From an uncultured Gammaproteobacteria bacterium (GTDB lineage: Bacteria > Pseudomonadota > Gammaproteobacteria > UBA9214): a stretch of 64,000 bases of DNA. A program made the position numbers and the translations under genes. Shown piece by piece: positions 31,537-41,873 of this stretch. The notes under the pieces are model-generated. The model did no database searches. It was not told the origin of the DNA and saw only the letters and a list, made by a program, of their open reading frames with translations. Position 1 is the stretch's first letter; each line of letters starts with the position of its first letter. The stretch spans positions 219,699 to 283,698 of the forward strand of contig CAVVHS010000002.1 of assembly GCA_963748215.1 (NCBI GenBank), in the 5' to 3' direction.

Positions 31537-32337
31537 TCGGCCGCTCTCGTTGCTGCGCGCTTCCGTCAGCGCCCCTTCGGCACGTTCCAGCATGGCTTCC
31601 GCGTCATCGTGCTTCTGGCACTGGGTGATACCGAAACAGGTATGCAGGCTGGCGCCGAGGGCATCGCTCAACCCGGCTACCTGGTCCGAGAGTTTTTCCA
31701 CCAGTAGCAGCGCTGCGTCCTGGCTGGTCTCCTGCAGCACCAGGATGAACTCATGGTCAGGATTGCAGCCGATCAGGTCAGCCCAGCGTGTCTGGTCCTT
31801 GAGCAGGTGCGCGACCTGCGCCAGCGCGCGTTCGCGAGCATCCGCCGGCCTGGTGACCAGGCCCATGGTGACTACAGTCAGCGGGTGGTTATAACGGCGG
31901 CAGCGTGACACCATCGGTTCCAGCGTTACCTGAAGACCGTAGTGACTCAGCAGGCCGGGCAGGGTTGCATCGCGCATGGACTGCCGTTCGAGCTGGCCGG
32001 CCAGCTCATCGCGTTCCTGCTTCAGGCGCAGACGTTCGGTGCGGTCCTGGTAGAAGTGCGCTACGAACCCCGGCCGGTCGCTGATGGCGACGCTTTCTAT
32101 CGCGAGCCAGCGTTCCCCGCCATCCGGCATGATCCAGTTGATCAGCGCGTTTTCCGCCAGCAGCGGTGCGATCAGCGCATCCGGTGCAGCGCCGCGGACC
32201 AGGCCGTCGGCGGCAGCGCCCAGCAGGTCGGCGAAGGCCCGGTTGAAATAGCCGATCCGTCCCTGTTCCTCGAGCAGCATCGCCAGGGGACAGTGATCCA
32301 GCAGTGCAAGGGCTTCAGTCAGCGGTAAGTCTTTCAT
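31522..32337 (-). CDS. PAS-like plus degenerate GGDEF-domain protein
   Basis: RWADLIGCNPDHEFILVL in place of RxxD-x5-GGDEF; typical GGDEF C-terminus. Confidence 0.75.
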   Translation of the reverse strand: MKDLPLTEALALLDHCPLAMLLEEQGRIGYFNRAFADLLGAAADGLVRGAAPDALIAPLLAENALINWIMPDGGERWLAIESVAISDRPGFVAHFYQDRTERLRLKQERDELAGQLERQSMRDATLPGLLSHYGLQVTLEPMVSRCRRYNHPLTVVTMGLVTRPADARERALAQVAHLLKDQTRWADLIGCNPDHEFILVLQETSQDAALLLVEKLSDQVAGLSDALGASLHTCFGITQCQKHDDAEAMLERAEGALTEARSNESGRSIAV

Positions 32338-32405
32338 AGGCGTTGTGTGCTGGATGCGTGATGATTGTGATGTATCGGCAGCGGGTGGGTCGATTCAGTC
32401 GCCAT

Positions 32406-33809
32406 TCAGTATTGCGCGAGACGCTGCCGTGCGGCCGCGATGGCGCTGCGTACCTGCTTTGGTGCGGTGCCGCCGTGGTGATTGCGTGCGGCCATGGACC
32501 CTTCCAGGGTCAGTACGGCGAACACGTCGTCCTCGATGACATGCGAAAAGCGCTGCAGTTCCTCCAGTGCCATTGCACCCAGGTCCTTGCCGGTATCGAT
32601 ACCGTGGCGCACGGCGCGGCCGACGATTTCATGCGCGTCGCGGAACGCGATGCCCTTGCGCACCAGGTAGTCCGCCAGGTCGGTGGCCGTGGCGAAGCCG
32701 CGGCGTGCGGCCGTGGCCATGTTGTCGCGCCTGACCACGAGGGCCGGCATCATGTCGCCGAACACACGCAGCGAGCCGGCCAGCGTGTCCACGGTATCGA
32801 ACAGCGGCTCCTTGTCTTCCTGGTTGTCCTTGTTGTAGGCGAGCGGCTGGCTCTTCATCAGCATCAGCAGGCTAACCAGGTGGCCGGTGACGCGCCCGCT
32901 CTTGCCGCGCACCAGTTCCGGCACATCGGGATTCTTCTTCTGCGGCATGATGCTGGAGCCGGTGCAGAAGCGGTCCGGCAGGTCGATGAAGTCGAACTGC
33001 GCCGACGACCACAGCACCAGTTCCTCGGAGAACCGCGACAGGTGCGTCATGACCAGTGCCGCCACCGCGCAGAACTCGATGACGAAGTCGCGGTCGCTGA
33101 CCGCGTCCAGCGAGTTGCGTGCCGGCGCGTCGAAACCCAGCAGTCGCGCGGTATAAACGCGATCGATGGGGAAGCTGGTACCGGCCAGCGCCGCCGCGCC
33201 CAGCGGCATGACATTGACCCGCTTGCGGCAGTCGAGCAGACGCTGGTGATCGCGCTCCAGCATCTCCTCCCATGCCAGCATATGATGACCAAAACTGACG
33301 GGCATGGCGACTTGCAGATGGGTGAAGCCCGGCATGATAGTGTCAGTCTCGCGCTCGGCGAGATCGACCAGCGCAGTCTGCAGGCGGGTGAGCTGTATGG
33401 CCAGGGCATCGATCTCGTCGCGCAGGTACAGGCGCAGGTCGGTGGCGACCTGGTCGTTGCGCGAGCGGCCGGTGTGCAGTTTCTTGCCGGTTTCGCCGAT
33501 GCGCTCGATCAGGCGTGCCTCGATGTTCATGTGAATGTCTTCGAGCGCCACCGACCAGTCGAATTCGCCGCGCTCGATCTCGGCCTGGATGCCGGAGAGG
33601 CCGTCGACGATCTGCCGTGCCTCGTCGTCACTGAGGATGCCGACGTGCGCCAGCATCCGGGCATGCGCCTGAGAGCCGGCGATGTCGTGGCGATAGAGCC
33701 GGTGATCGAAGCCGATCGATGCGGTAAAGGCCTCGACGAAGGCGTCGGTGGACTCGGTGAAGCGGCCACCCCAGGGTTTTGCGGCAGGTGTTTCGTCGGT
33801 CATGGTCAT
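32406..33809 (-). CDS. argH: Argininosuccinate lyase
   Basis: [26 protein letters not shown] motifs. Confidence 0.98.
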   Translation of the reverse strand: MTMTDETPAAKPWGGRFTESTDAFVEAFTASIGFDHRLYRHDIAGSQAHARMLAHVGILSDDEARQIVDGLSGIQAEIERGEFDWSVALEDIHMNIEARLIERIGETGKKLHTGRSRNDQVATDLRLYLRDEIDALAIQLTRLQTALVDLAERETDTIMPGFTHLQVAMPVSFGHHMLAWEEMLERDHQRLLDCRKRVNVMPLGAAALAGTSFPIDRVYTARLLGFDAPARNSLDAVSDRDFVIEFCAVAALVMTHLSRFSEELVLWSSAQFDFIDLPDRFCTGSSIMPQKKNPDVPELVRGKSGRVTGHLVSLLMLMKSQPLAYNKDNQEDKEPLFDTVDTLAGSLRVFGDMMPALVVRRDNMATAARRGFATATDLADYLVRKGIAFRDAHEIVGRAVRHGIDTGKDLGAMALEELQRFSHVIEDDVFAVLTLEGSMAARNHHGGTAPKQVRSAIAAARQRLAQY

Positions 33810-33945
33810 AACGGGCTGTCGGATTGCGCGCAGTATATCGAATCCACGCCGGGATTGCGTTCGCCCCGGCGTGGCAGGGAGGCGGGGCTTTGGTTATGGA
33901 TGACAGACAGCGGAACAGGGCCGTGGCGGGCAGGCCGGGACAGGG

Positions 33946-34467
33946 ATGAAGGCGCTGGTCATCGACAACGCCAGCCCGGAACATGCCCGCCTGCGCCGGC
34001 TGCTGGACGACGCGGGCCGGAACGGGGTGGCTGAAGGCGCAGCCGGGATACTCGAGCTGCTGGCATGCCGGCTTCCGGGCGAACTGGTGCTGGTGCAGAC
34101 GCAACCGCAGGCGGCCGCACGATCGCATCTCTGTGCCGGTTCGCGCGTCGGGTGTCAGCAGGTGCCGGTCGGCGAGGTGCGCTATTTCCTGGCCGAGCAC
34201 AAGTATGTCTGGGTTCGCAGCGCCCACGAACGCTTGCTGATCCGGGATTCACTGGTCTCGCTGGCGCAGGAATTCGCCGATCGATTCGTACGCATCCACC
34301 GCAATGCCCTGGTTGCCACGCGCTATCTCACCGGCCTCGGCGCCGCGGGCGGCGGGCGCTGTCACGTGAGCCTGGCCGGTATCGAGGAAACGCTGCCGGT
34401 CAGCCGCCGCCGTGCCACCGCCCTGCGCCGGCTGGTCAGGGCTGAACATTGTATCCGCTGCTACTAG
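33946..34467 (+). CDS. AlgR-like LytTR regulator with truncated receiver domain
   Basis: RSHL, YFLAEHKYV, FVRIHRNALV, VSRR motifs; argH-hemC context. Confidence 0.8.
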   Translation: MKALVIDNASPEHARLRRLLDDAGRNGVAEGAAGILELLACRLPGELVLVQTQPQAAARSHLCAGSRVGCQQVPVGEVRYFLAEHKYVWVRSAHERLLIRDSLVSLAQEFADRFVRIHRNALVATRYLTGLGAAGGGRCHVSLAGIEETLPVSRRRATALRRLVRAEHCIRCY

Positions 34468-34988
34468 CGCACGGCGTCACAGCCGGCGTAGCGAATCGGG
34501 CTGGCCGGCTCGCGAATCATCAGCAGCGCCGTATCGATGCAGGCATCGAGGTAGCCGCCGAACAGCTCCGGGGTGTTGATCCCCTTGATGCGTTCCGCCA
34601 CTTCCCGGCCGGTGCCGTCGAGGAACACGATGGTCGGCGTCAACCAGGCCCTGTAGCGGGTCGCGATCGCGCCGGCCTCCCGTTGCGAGCCGTCGAAATC
34701 GGTCGCGTGCTGCCCGATGTCCAGCAGGAGGCGGCGGATGATGACCTTGTCGGTGTACTCGCCGCTGATCAGCATGGGTTCGAGGAACTCGTCCTCCAGC
34801 TGCCGGCAGTATCCACAACTGACTGCGCTGAACACCAGCAGTATGGGCAACCGCCGTGCGGTCGCCTGGCGCCCGTCCTGCTGCAGGTCGGTGCCGTAGG
34901 GCACGTCGACCGCCGCTTGGGCAGGCATGACAAAAAGACATAATAAAACACCTGCGACGGCGAGGGGATTGTATAATTGCATTATCAT
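34464..34988 (-). CDS. Exported thioredoxin-fold protein (SoxW-like)
   Basis: Signal peptide, CGYC motif, TPTIVFLD cis-Pro loop. Confidence 0.8.
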   Translation of the reverse strand: MIMQLYNPLAVAGVLLCLFVMPAQAAVDVPYGTDLQQDGRQATARRLPILLVFSAVSCGYCRQLEDEFLEPMLISGEYTDKVIIRRLLLDIGQHATDFDGSQREAGAIATRYRAWLTPTIVFLDGTGREVAERIKGINTPELFGGYLDACIDTALLMIREPASPIRYAGCDAVR

Positions 34989-35017
34989 GCATCCATTTAG
35001 AGGCTGGTTCGTTACCG

Positions 35018-35947
35018 ATGTCAACAGAACGCGTATGCATTGCGACCCGTAAGAGCCCACTGGCACTCTGGCAGGCAGAACACGTGCGCGCACGCCTGCA
35101 GGCGATCCATCCCGGACTGTCGATTGAGCTGCTGACCATGACCACCCAGGGGGACCGGGTGCTCGATAGCCCGCTGGCCAAGATCGGCGGTAAGGGATTG
35201 TTTGTAAAGGAACTCGAGCAGGGCATGCTGAAGGGTGCCGCGGACATCGCGGTGCATTCCATGAAGGACGTGCCGGCCGATCTGCCGGACGGCCTGGAGA
35301 TCCGTACCATCCTCGAGCGCGAGGATCCGCGTGATGCCTTTGTCTCCAACCGGTATGCGGACATCGCCGCGCTGCCGCAGGGTGCGCGCGTCGGCACCTC
35401 CAGCCTGCGCCGCCAGTGCCAGCTGCGCGCGTTGCGCCCGGACCTGGAAATCCTCGACCTGCGCGGCAACGTGGGCACGCGTCTCGGCAAACTCGATGCC
35501 GGTGACTACGACGCCATCGTGCTGGCCTGTGCCGGCCTCAGACGCCTCGGCATGCAGGAACGGATTACCCTGGCGTTGGCGGACGAGCTGATGCTGCCGG
35601 CGATCGCGCAGGGCGTCATCGGCATCGAATGCCGCAGCGGCGATACGCGCGTGCATGACCTGATCGATGCGCTGAACCACACCGCAACGGCAACCCGGAC
35701 GCGCGCCGAGCGTGCCATGAACGCACGCCTGGCCGGCGGCTGCCAGGCACCGGTGGCCGGCTATTCGGAAATCCTCGACGGCAATATGGAGCTGCGCGGG
35801 CTGGTGGGGCGTCCGGATGGCAGCGACATCATCCGCGGCGCGATCACCGGACCGCCCGAAGAGGCCGAGGCGCTGGGCCGTGAACTGGCCGAGGACCTGC
35901 TGGCACGCGGCGCCGATGTCATCCTGCAAGAACTCATGGCAGACTGA
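35018..35947 (+). CDS. hemC: Hydroxymethylbilane synthase
   Basis: [31 protein letters not shown] motifs. Confidence 0.98.
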   Translation: MSTERVCIATRKSPLALWQAEHVRARLQAIHPGLSIELLTMTTQGDRVLDSPLAKIGGKGLFVKELEQGMLKGAADIAVHSMKDVPADLPDGLEIRTILEREDPRDAFVSNRYADIAALPQGARVGTSSLRRQCQLRALRPDLEILDLRGNVGTRLGKLDAGDYDAIVLACAGLRRLGMQERITLALADELMLPAIAQGVIGIECRSGDTRVHDLIDALNHTATATRTRAERAMNARLAGGCQAPVAGYSEILDGNMELRGLVGRPDGSDIIRGAITGPPEEAEALGRELAEDLLARGADVILQELMAD

Positions 35948-36031
35948 CCGCCCGAAGTGATGTTTTCCATGGCCGCCACCTGCCGGTGTTGCACATGACC
36001 TGTTTCCCCGGCAATACCCCGCCCCGACATC

Positions 36032-36796
36032 ATGCAGGCTAAACCGCGCATCCTGGTGACGCGTCCGGCCGCACAGGCACGCGGTCTGTGCGACCGCATC
36101 GTGGCACTGGGTGGCCTGCCAGTCGAACTTCCCGCCATCGAGATTCGCGCGCCCGAAGATACCGCGCCGCTCGAGGCGCTGGTCGAACGTGTCGATACCT
36201 TCGACCTGGCCGTGTTCATCAGTGTCAATGCCGTGCAGCGCGGTCTGGACTTCATCCTGGCGCGGCGCGACTGGCCGGCCTCGGTGCAGGTCGCCGCGGT
36301 GGGGCTGGCATCGAACGCAGCTCTGGAACAGCACGGTCTGCGCGCATCGTTCGTGCCTGAACATGAATACAGCAGCGAAGGCCTGCTGGCGCTGGATGAA
36401 CTGCAGGACATGCGCGGGCAACGGGTAGTGATCCTGCGCGGTAACGGCGGCCGCGACACGCTGTTCGAGTTGCTGACCGCGCGCGGTGCAACGGTGGAAT
36501 ACGTCGAGGTCTACCGCCGCGCTCGCCCCGATGTCGATCCGGATGCGCTGCTGGCATTACTGCAGCCGGGCTATCTCGCCGCCATCACCGTCACCAGCAA
36601 CGAGATTCTGCAGAATCTCTACGACATGGCCGCTGAGCAGGGCCAGCCGGTGCTGCGCGATATCCCGCTGGTGGTCGCCAGTACACGCCAGGCAGCACTG
36701 GCCGCGCAACTGGGCTTCACACAGGGCGCGGTGATCGCCGGCCATGCCAGCGATGAGGCGATGATGGCCGGGGTCGAACAGCTGCTTGGTTTCTGA
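36032..36796 (+). CDS. hemD: Uroporphyrinogen-III synthase
   Basis: LVTRP, SVNAV, SEGLL, RGNGGR, VYRR motifs. Confidence 0.95.
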   Translation: MQAKPRILVTRPAAQARGLCDRIVALGGLPVELPAIEIRAPEDTAPLEALVERVDTFDLAVFISVNAVQRGLDFILARRDWPASVQVAAVGLASNAALEQHGLRASFVPEHEYSSEGLLALDELQDMRGQRVVILRGNGGRDTLFELLTARGATVEYVEVYRRARPDVDPDALLALLQPGYLAAITVTSNEILQNLYDMAAEQGQPVLRDIPLVVASTRQAALAAQLGFTQGAVIAGHASDEAMMAGVEQLLGF

Positions 36797-36836
36797 AAAA
36801 TATCCCGTGCCGGGCCGCAGGAAAATATCAACAGGT

Positions 36837-36875
36837 TTGCCACAGAGAACGCGCAGCACACAGAGGGCACAGAGA
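36837..36875 (+). repeat. 9-bp-period CACAGAG repeat arm
   Basis: Units CACAGAG, CGCGCAG, CACAGAG, CACAGAG start at 36841, 36850, 36859 and 36868. Confidence 0.6.
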
Positions 36876-37054
36876 TTTGCAGGGTGCGGTTAGCCTGCGA
36901 ATCGCATCAATCTTATCTATCGGGTGATGCTGGTGCTGATCCGACCTGCAGAAAGCTTCAGAAAACAGGTTCTCGCGAAGAGAACAACGTATCTGTCTCG
37001 TCGGACGTGATCCGTGAACGAATCAGCCGCTATTTATGAGATTTCCCGATAACG

Positions 37055-37079
37055 AAAAAAAGGCGGCCCGAAGGCCGCC
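37055..37079 (-). terminator. Rho-independent terminator of the phoX-like gene
   Basis: GGCGGCC-TTCG-GGCCGCC followed by T7 on the minus strand. Confidence 0.9.
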
Positions 37080-37112
37080 ATGAACAAAGAGCGATTGAAA
37101 TTTTGTTATCCG

Positions 37113-38435
37113 CTAGTCCCTGCGTCCACGCTTGCGGCTGATGGCCCACGTGCCGTCACCGTCCGGTGCCACGGAGTGCTGCACGTTGACGTAGAGGGTG
37201 TGGGGATCGAGCGGGCTGAAGTAGATGCCGGTGCCTTCGGCGTCCGGGTCGGTCAGCGAGGCGAACAGTTCCACCTGCTTGGAGGCGCCGAATTCGTCGG
37301 TGCGCTTGCTGGCAAACCAGATATCGGACGGCACGTTGTCCTCGATAATCACCAGGTCGCCGTTCGGTGCCTCGGCCAGGTTGTCGATGCTGTCGAAGCC
37401 GGTCTGGTAACCGGCATCTCCCGGGCGGCCGATCTCGACCGGCACATTCACGCCCGGTTTGACGAAATTGGTGACCGCCAGGGTATCGAGGTCGATGGCG
37501 ATCACGCGGCCTTCGTACAATTCGCCGGTGAAATCCAGCAGGCCTGAGCCGGCGTCGGTCTGCGCATCACGCGGTCCCTCGGTGATGGCCACGTACAGGG
37601 TGCTGCCGATCACTTCGACATCTTCCGGGCGCTGGTAGCTCTGGCCACCGGCGGCGGTGCCCGCCTCGCGGGCATTGGCGGGATCTATCGGACCAACCCA
37701 GGCGCCCTGCCCGACGCCATCGGCGCCTGTGACGGCCAGCGCGTACAGGCTGCCGGACGACAGGTCGCCGTAGGTATCCGGCACGAACCTGTAGATGCCG
37801 CCGCCACAGGGCACGACGCCATTGCAGCCCTGGCTGCGGCCGCGGTGCTCGTCCACCACATAGACATTGCCGTCACGGTCGAGATCGATGCCCTCGTGGG
37901 CGATGCGGCCGACCGCCGGACGGTCGACGACGCCACTCGCAGTCATCAGGTCAGCATCCAGGAAAATCTCGACCAGCCGTCCGCCGGCAACCTCCTCGGC
38001 AATCAGCAGCGTGCCCCACGGCGTCCAGCGGATGCCGTCGACCGCATCCCACGTGGCATCCTGTACCAGCAGCTTCGTCTCGCCGGTCTTCAGGTCAACC
38101 ACGGACACGGAACCGCCTTCCGGCTGGCCGCGTACCTCGTGCGTGGTGTACAGGTAACGGCCGGCCTGCTTGCCGGTCTCGTTGACCGTGTTCATGTCGT
38201 GCCAGTCGTCGCGGCCGCCGTCGTAGATGTTCAGGTCACTCTCGTCGGCCACCACGGACTGGTCAAAGCCGCGCGGCAGCTTCCAGGGTGCTGCCGGATC
38301 CCAGTTGGTGGACTCTGCTGACGAATCAATCGGTTTGAAGTTGAAACCGTGGTAGCCATCGGCCGCGGCCGTGCCGGAAAACAGGATGGCGGCCGTGATT
38401 GCCGTGGCCAGGAGTTTGCGCTTGGTCATGTGCAT
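37113..38435 (-). CDS. PhoX-family (DUF839) alkaline phosphatase-like beta-propeller protein
   Basis: Signal peptide; AEE, GRIAHEG, RPED, DNL, IIED, EGTG and VNVQH motifs. Confidence 0.8.
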   Translation of the reverse strand: MHMTKRKLLATAITAAILFSGTAAADGYHGFNFKPIDSSAESTNWDPAAPWKLPRGFDQSVVADESDLNIYDGGRDDWHDMNTVNETGKQAGRYLYTTHEVRGQPEGGSVSVVDLKTGETKLLVQDATWDAVDGIRWTPWGTLLIAEEVAGGRLVEIFLDADLMTASGVVDRPAVGRIAHEGIDLDRDGNVYVVDEHRGRSQGCNGVVPCGGGIYRFVPDTYGDLSSGSLYALAVTGADGVGQGAWVGPIDPANAREAGTAAGGQSYQRPEDVEVIGSTLYVAITEGPRDAQTDAGSGLLDFTGELYEGRVIAIDLDTLAVTNFVKPGVNVPVEIGRPGDAGYQTGFDSIDNLAEAPNGDLVIIEDNVPSDIWFASKRTDEFGASKQVELFASLTDPDAEGTGIYFSPLDPHTLYVNVQHSVAPDGDGTWAISRKRGRRD

Positions 38436-38528
38436 CAATCCTCGTGTTTGCGAAGTACTTTAATGGTGCGCGGTCCGTTGCAACATCGAGCTGCGTGCGG
38501 CCACACGTTCAGATATCGAGCAAGTGGC

Positions 38529-38584
38529 ACTCTAGCGGCGGGGTGTTATTCTTTTCTGACAGAGATGTGACAAATTCGTGAATC
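38529..38584 (-). promoter_or_regulatory. Pho-box array with -10 element
   Basis: Minus strand reads gattcacgaat/TTGTCACatct/CTGTCAGaaaa/GAATAAC (11-bp period), then 10 bp, then TAGAGT. Confidence 0.75.
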
Positions 38585-38906
38585 GGGAGATTTCGTGGTG
38601 CACGCGGATTTACCGGCAGGTCCAAAAGACTGACACGGAGGACACAGGCGAAACAGTGAATAAACGCGGGCTGTTCCGGTTATTCAGCAGCAGTATTAAC
38701 AGCGGCTGTTGCACAGGTTGTTATTATTCTTTGTCAGGTCCGCAGCATGCCGCGTTTTGATGATGGCCTGATGCTGCGCTTCAACGGCATGTGCAAGCGG
38801 CATGGTCTCATCCTGACCGATGCAGACATTCATCGACATGCCACATGTCGTTCTGGTACGGCTTCCGGGTAAAAGATGCAGCTCCGGTTGCCCGGGACCG
38901 GTCTGG

Positions 38907-39758
38907 CTACAACTCGGTCACCCATACCCCGACGTCGAGGCTCGCGCCAGGGAGGCCGACGAACGAACCGGCTATCGGCGGCACGGATTCGGGCAACCGG
39001 GCCACCGCAACCGCGATGTGATTGGTTCCCGCGACTTCCCCGATGGTGGGGTCGAAGCCCTTCCAGCCCGCACCCGGCAGGAAGACTTCGGCCCAGGCAT
39101 GGGTCGCACCGTAATTGGCTGATGAGGGTGGCGAGTTGAGGTAACCGCTGACAAAACGCGCTGCGAAACCCAGGCGCCGCGCGGCCTCGATGAACAGGTA
39201 GGCGGAGTCGCGGCAGGAGCCGCTGCCGCAAGACAGTGTTTCCAGTACGGATTGAACGCCCGGCTCCTCGCGCAGCTGATACGAAAGCGACCCTTGAATA
39301 TGGACGCCAAGACGCTGCAACAAGGCGTAAGTCTGGATCCGTTCACCTGGCTGCCAGAAGCCTGCAATCCATTCATTGAGCTGTTCATTGGCTTCCGGCT
39401 CGGTGATATTCATGTACGGCGAGAGTACAACCCATTCCTCCGGTTGATAGGCAAACGGGTAGTCAATCGCGTAATCGGCCACCAGAAAATCGAGCGGGGC
39501 CTGGTTGTATTGCCGAAGAATGACTTCACTCTCGATCAACAGCTGGCTGGCGGGCGAATCGAAGGTCGCTATCGCAACAGAATTATCCTCGGCATCACGG
39601 TGCCAGCGCAGGGTGGCCGTCGGCGTGATCTTGAGGGTTGAGGATTCGATGCGCAGCTCATGGCCTTCCTTCGGACGCAGGCGCAAGGTGTGCGGTTCGA
39701 GACTCACCGGGCCGGTGAAGTTGTAGTACGTGCGATGAAGAATTTTATAGCGCTGCAT
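38907..39758 (-). CDS. Transglutaminase-family protein (bacterial N-terminal domain plus core)
   Basis: HRTYYNF, LRLRP, GSCRD, ARFVSGY, HAWAEV, GWKGFDPT motifs. Confidence 0.92.
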   Translation of the reverse strand: MQRYKILHRTYYNFTGPVSLEPHTLRLRPKEGHELRIESSTLKITPTATLRWHRDAEDNSVAIATFDSPASQLLIESEVILRQYNQAPLDFLVADYAIDYPFAYQPEEWVVLSPYMNITEPEANEQLNEWIAGFWQPGERIQTYALLQRLGVHIQGSLSYQLREEPGVQSVLETLSCGSGSCRDSAYLFIEAARRLGFAARFVSGYLNSPPSSANYGATHAWAEVFLPGAGWKGFDPTIGEVAGTNHIAVAVARLPESVPPIAGSFVGLPGASLDVGVWVTEL

Positions 39759-40053
39759 GGTTCAACCTTCTCGCTGATTCAAGCGGCGTCTGGCATGTGA
39801 TTAGGGAAATCAGTCGTGCCCAAGAGCCGGCTCAGGCTGATGTTGGTCAAGACAGGGATCAGCCCCGGGAGTGTCTGATTGTACACGTATTGTAAGGAAC
39901 CCGGTGACGCAGTGATCTCCAGCTGATTGTTCATATATACCAAAGAATTGCTTCGCTGGTAAATCGCGGCATGGCCCGGGCCAGTCACCCGGCCGCTGCA
40001 CGGTCTCACCTTCTGCCTGTACACCGCGCATGCAAAAAGGGATTTCGACCGGG

Positions 40054-40608
40054 TCAGGGGACCCTGTCTTCCGTTACCGCCAGATACGCCAGCGTGTTCG
40101 GGTGTACATTATCCATCGGCGGATGCGACAGCCATGCCCATTCTGAATGCTGCACGGCCGGAAGATCATCCGTGTTGAAGGCCCGCCTCACGATAAAGGC
40201 CAGCACGACGTAATGCGTGGAAACGCCGTCGACCTCGGCGAAATTGGTAGCATAGAACTGCTCGAACACACCCGCAAACCGTACGTCGTCAGCATGCAGC
40301 GGGACACCGAGTTCCCATTCCGAGATGCGCGCCAGCGCACGGGCAAGTGCTTCGTCCTTGCGGATCCGGCCGCCCGGCACAAACCACGTCCCCTTCGCCG
40401 GCTCGTTCCTCCGCATGCCGACCAGCATGCGCCCTTCCCCGTCACGCACAATGAGGTCAATGGATACCAGCGGAGTGGCGCGAACCACTTCCAGGAAATC
40501 CCTGTCATCCGGTCGCAAGTTCTGTGCCCCGGAAGCGGTTCGGCAGGAAGTCGAAGGCCAATGCTGTGCTGAGGAACAAAACAGGAATCCGGCCGCTCCT
40601 GGCCTCAC
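40054..40608 (-). CDS. GDP-mannose mannosyl hydrolase-like Nudix protein
   Basis: TPLVSIDLIV, PAKGTWFVPGGRIRKDE, THYVVL, VHPNT motifs; start uncertain. Confidence 0.85.
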   Translation of the reverse strand: MRPGAAGFLFCSSAQHWPSTSCRTASGAQNLRPDDRDFLEVVRATPLVSIDLIVRDGEGRMLVGMRRNEPAKGTWFVPGGRIRKDEALARALARISEWELGVPLHADDVRFAGVFEQFYATNFAEVDGVSTHYVVLAFIVRRAFNTDDLPAVQHSEWAWLSHPPMDNVHPNTLAYLAVTEDRVP

Positions 40609-41873
40609 TCATCAAGCTCATCCTCTTCTTCCCGATCGAGCTCCAGTAAAGGAACTGCTTGTATCGCGCTCCCCGCAATTCCCCTGATTGAGTGATACAT
40701 GTGATTGGTATTCAATAATACTTTCTGTATCTGCTTTTCCCTTTTTTTCCAGATCCCCTGCATCGAACGCTTTTCCGACTCCAGATCCGTTTGCATCTGT
40801 GTGAACCCCTCAACGATTGCTTCTATTTGAAGCCGGAATTCATTGCTGGTCAGAAAATCATAGAGCATGCCCATTTTTTCGCCCTTGTTTTCCTGCGTGG
40901 TGATAGCCCTGCTCAGTTCAATAATCGATTCACGCAGAACGGTGCACAGCCCCTTGAATTCTTCAAAGGTGCAAATCCATATGCCATCCCTGAGGCCCAT
41001 GCGATCCATGTCGGAGGGCATGACTTCGCTTACAAGAACGCCGATATTCGCGTTTCTTTCCCGAATATCGGCTTTGAACTTTTCTATCCATGCGGGCTGG
41101 AAAGCCTTCGTTCTCTTGCTTTCGTAATATATCGAACCGCAGTTCTGGCGCGTTCTTGTGTTGACAATTTGCAGGCAATCCGCTCCCTGTGCACCTTTTT
41201 TGATTTCCTCGATCGTGTCGAGCGGAAACCGGCCTGACAGCCAATCCTCGATTACAAGCTCCTGTGCCTCACCCTGTATCTGCATCGAGCCCTGTTGTGC
41301 CTTGCGATGCGCCTCCTGAAGCTGGTCCTTGAGCTGTGTGATCATCAGCTCCTGCTCGGACAATTTCATTGTTGCCTTTGCCTCTTCGGCTTTTCTTATC
41401 TTTTCCCGTTCCTCGGCAAGCTGCAGGCTGAGTCTTTTCTGGCTCTCGAGTTCAATCGTATCGCGCAGCTCCTCTTTTTCGCGCTTGAGTCGTTCAATCT
41501 CCGACTTTGACTTGTTCAGTTCCTTTACTTTTTCGGATTTTTCGTTCAGCTCGGACTGCAGGGCCTTGATGCGGTCGGCCTGTTCATCCTCCACTTGCTG
41601 CTTGATCGATTTCTCCAGTACCTTTTTTTCGTCCCTGATCCCCAGCTGGATCATATGGGCGACCTTTTCCTCAATCCCGGATTTTTCCTTTTCCAGGTTT
41701 TCCCGCTCGGTTCTCAGTTGATCCTCCCGGGCATTGAAATTCCGCTTTTCCTTCGCCAGTTGATCGTTGTATTTCTTCTTCAGTTCTTCATCCAGTTGAT
41801 GGTAAAGAATCTCGTTTACATCAATATTGAATCCGCAATTGGGGCATTCAATTGTATTCTTGTCCTGGCTCAC
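40605..41873 (-). CDS. DUF2130-type coiled-coil protein
   Basis: N-terminal CPNC, long coiled coil, GSMQIQGE..E, YESKRTK motifs; visibly lower GC. Confidence 0.8.
   Translation of the reverse strand: MSQDKNTIECPNCGFNIDVNEILYHQLDEELKKKYNDQLAKEKRNFNAREDQLRTERENLEKEKSGIEEKVAHMIQLGIRDEKKVLEKSIKQQVEDEQADRIKALQSELNEKSEKVKELNKSKSEIERLKREKEELRDTIELESQKRLSLQLAEEREKIRKAEEAKATMKLSEQELMITQLKDQLQEAHRKAQQGSMQIQGEAQELVIEDWLSGRFPLDTIEEIKKGAQGADCLQIVNTRTRQNCGSIYYESKRTKAFQPAWIEKFKADIRERNANIGVLVSEVMPSDMDRMGLRDGIWICTFEEFKGLCTVLRESIIELSRAITTQENKGEKMGMLYDFLTSNEFRLQIEAIVEGFTQMQTDLESEKRSMQGIWKKREKQIQKVLLNTNHMYHSIRGIAGSAIQAVPLLELDREEEDELDE

Noticed and set aside
20677-34034. Long antisense ORFs such as 20677-22302, 26440-28161 and 32343-34034
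   Set aside because: They are shadow frames of high-GC genes (ubiB, xerC, argH) and have no motifs of their own.
39779-40024. Small ORFs between the transglutaminase and Nudix genes
   Set aside because: No motif or RBS support.
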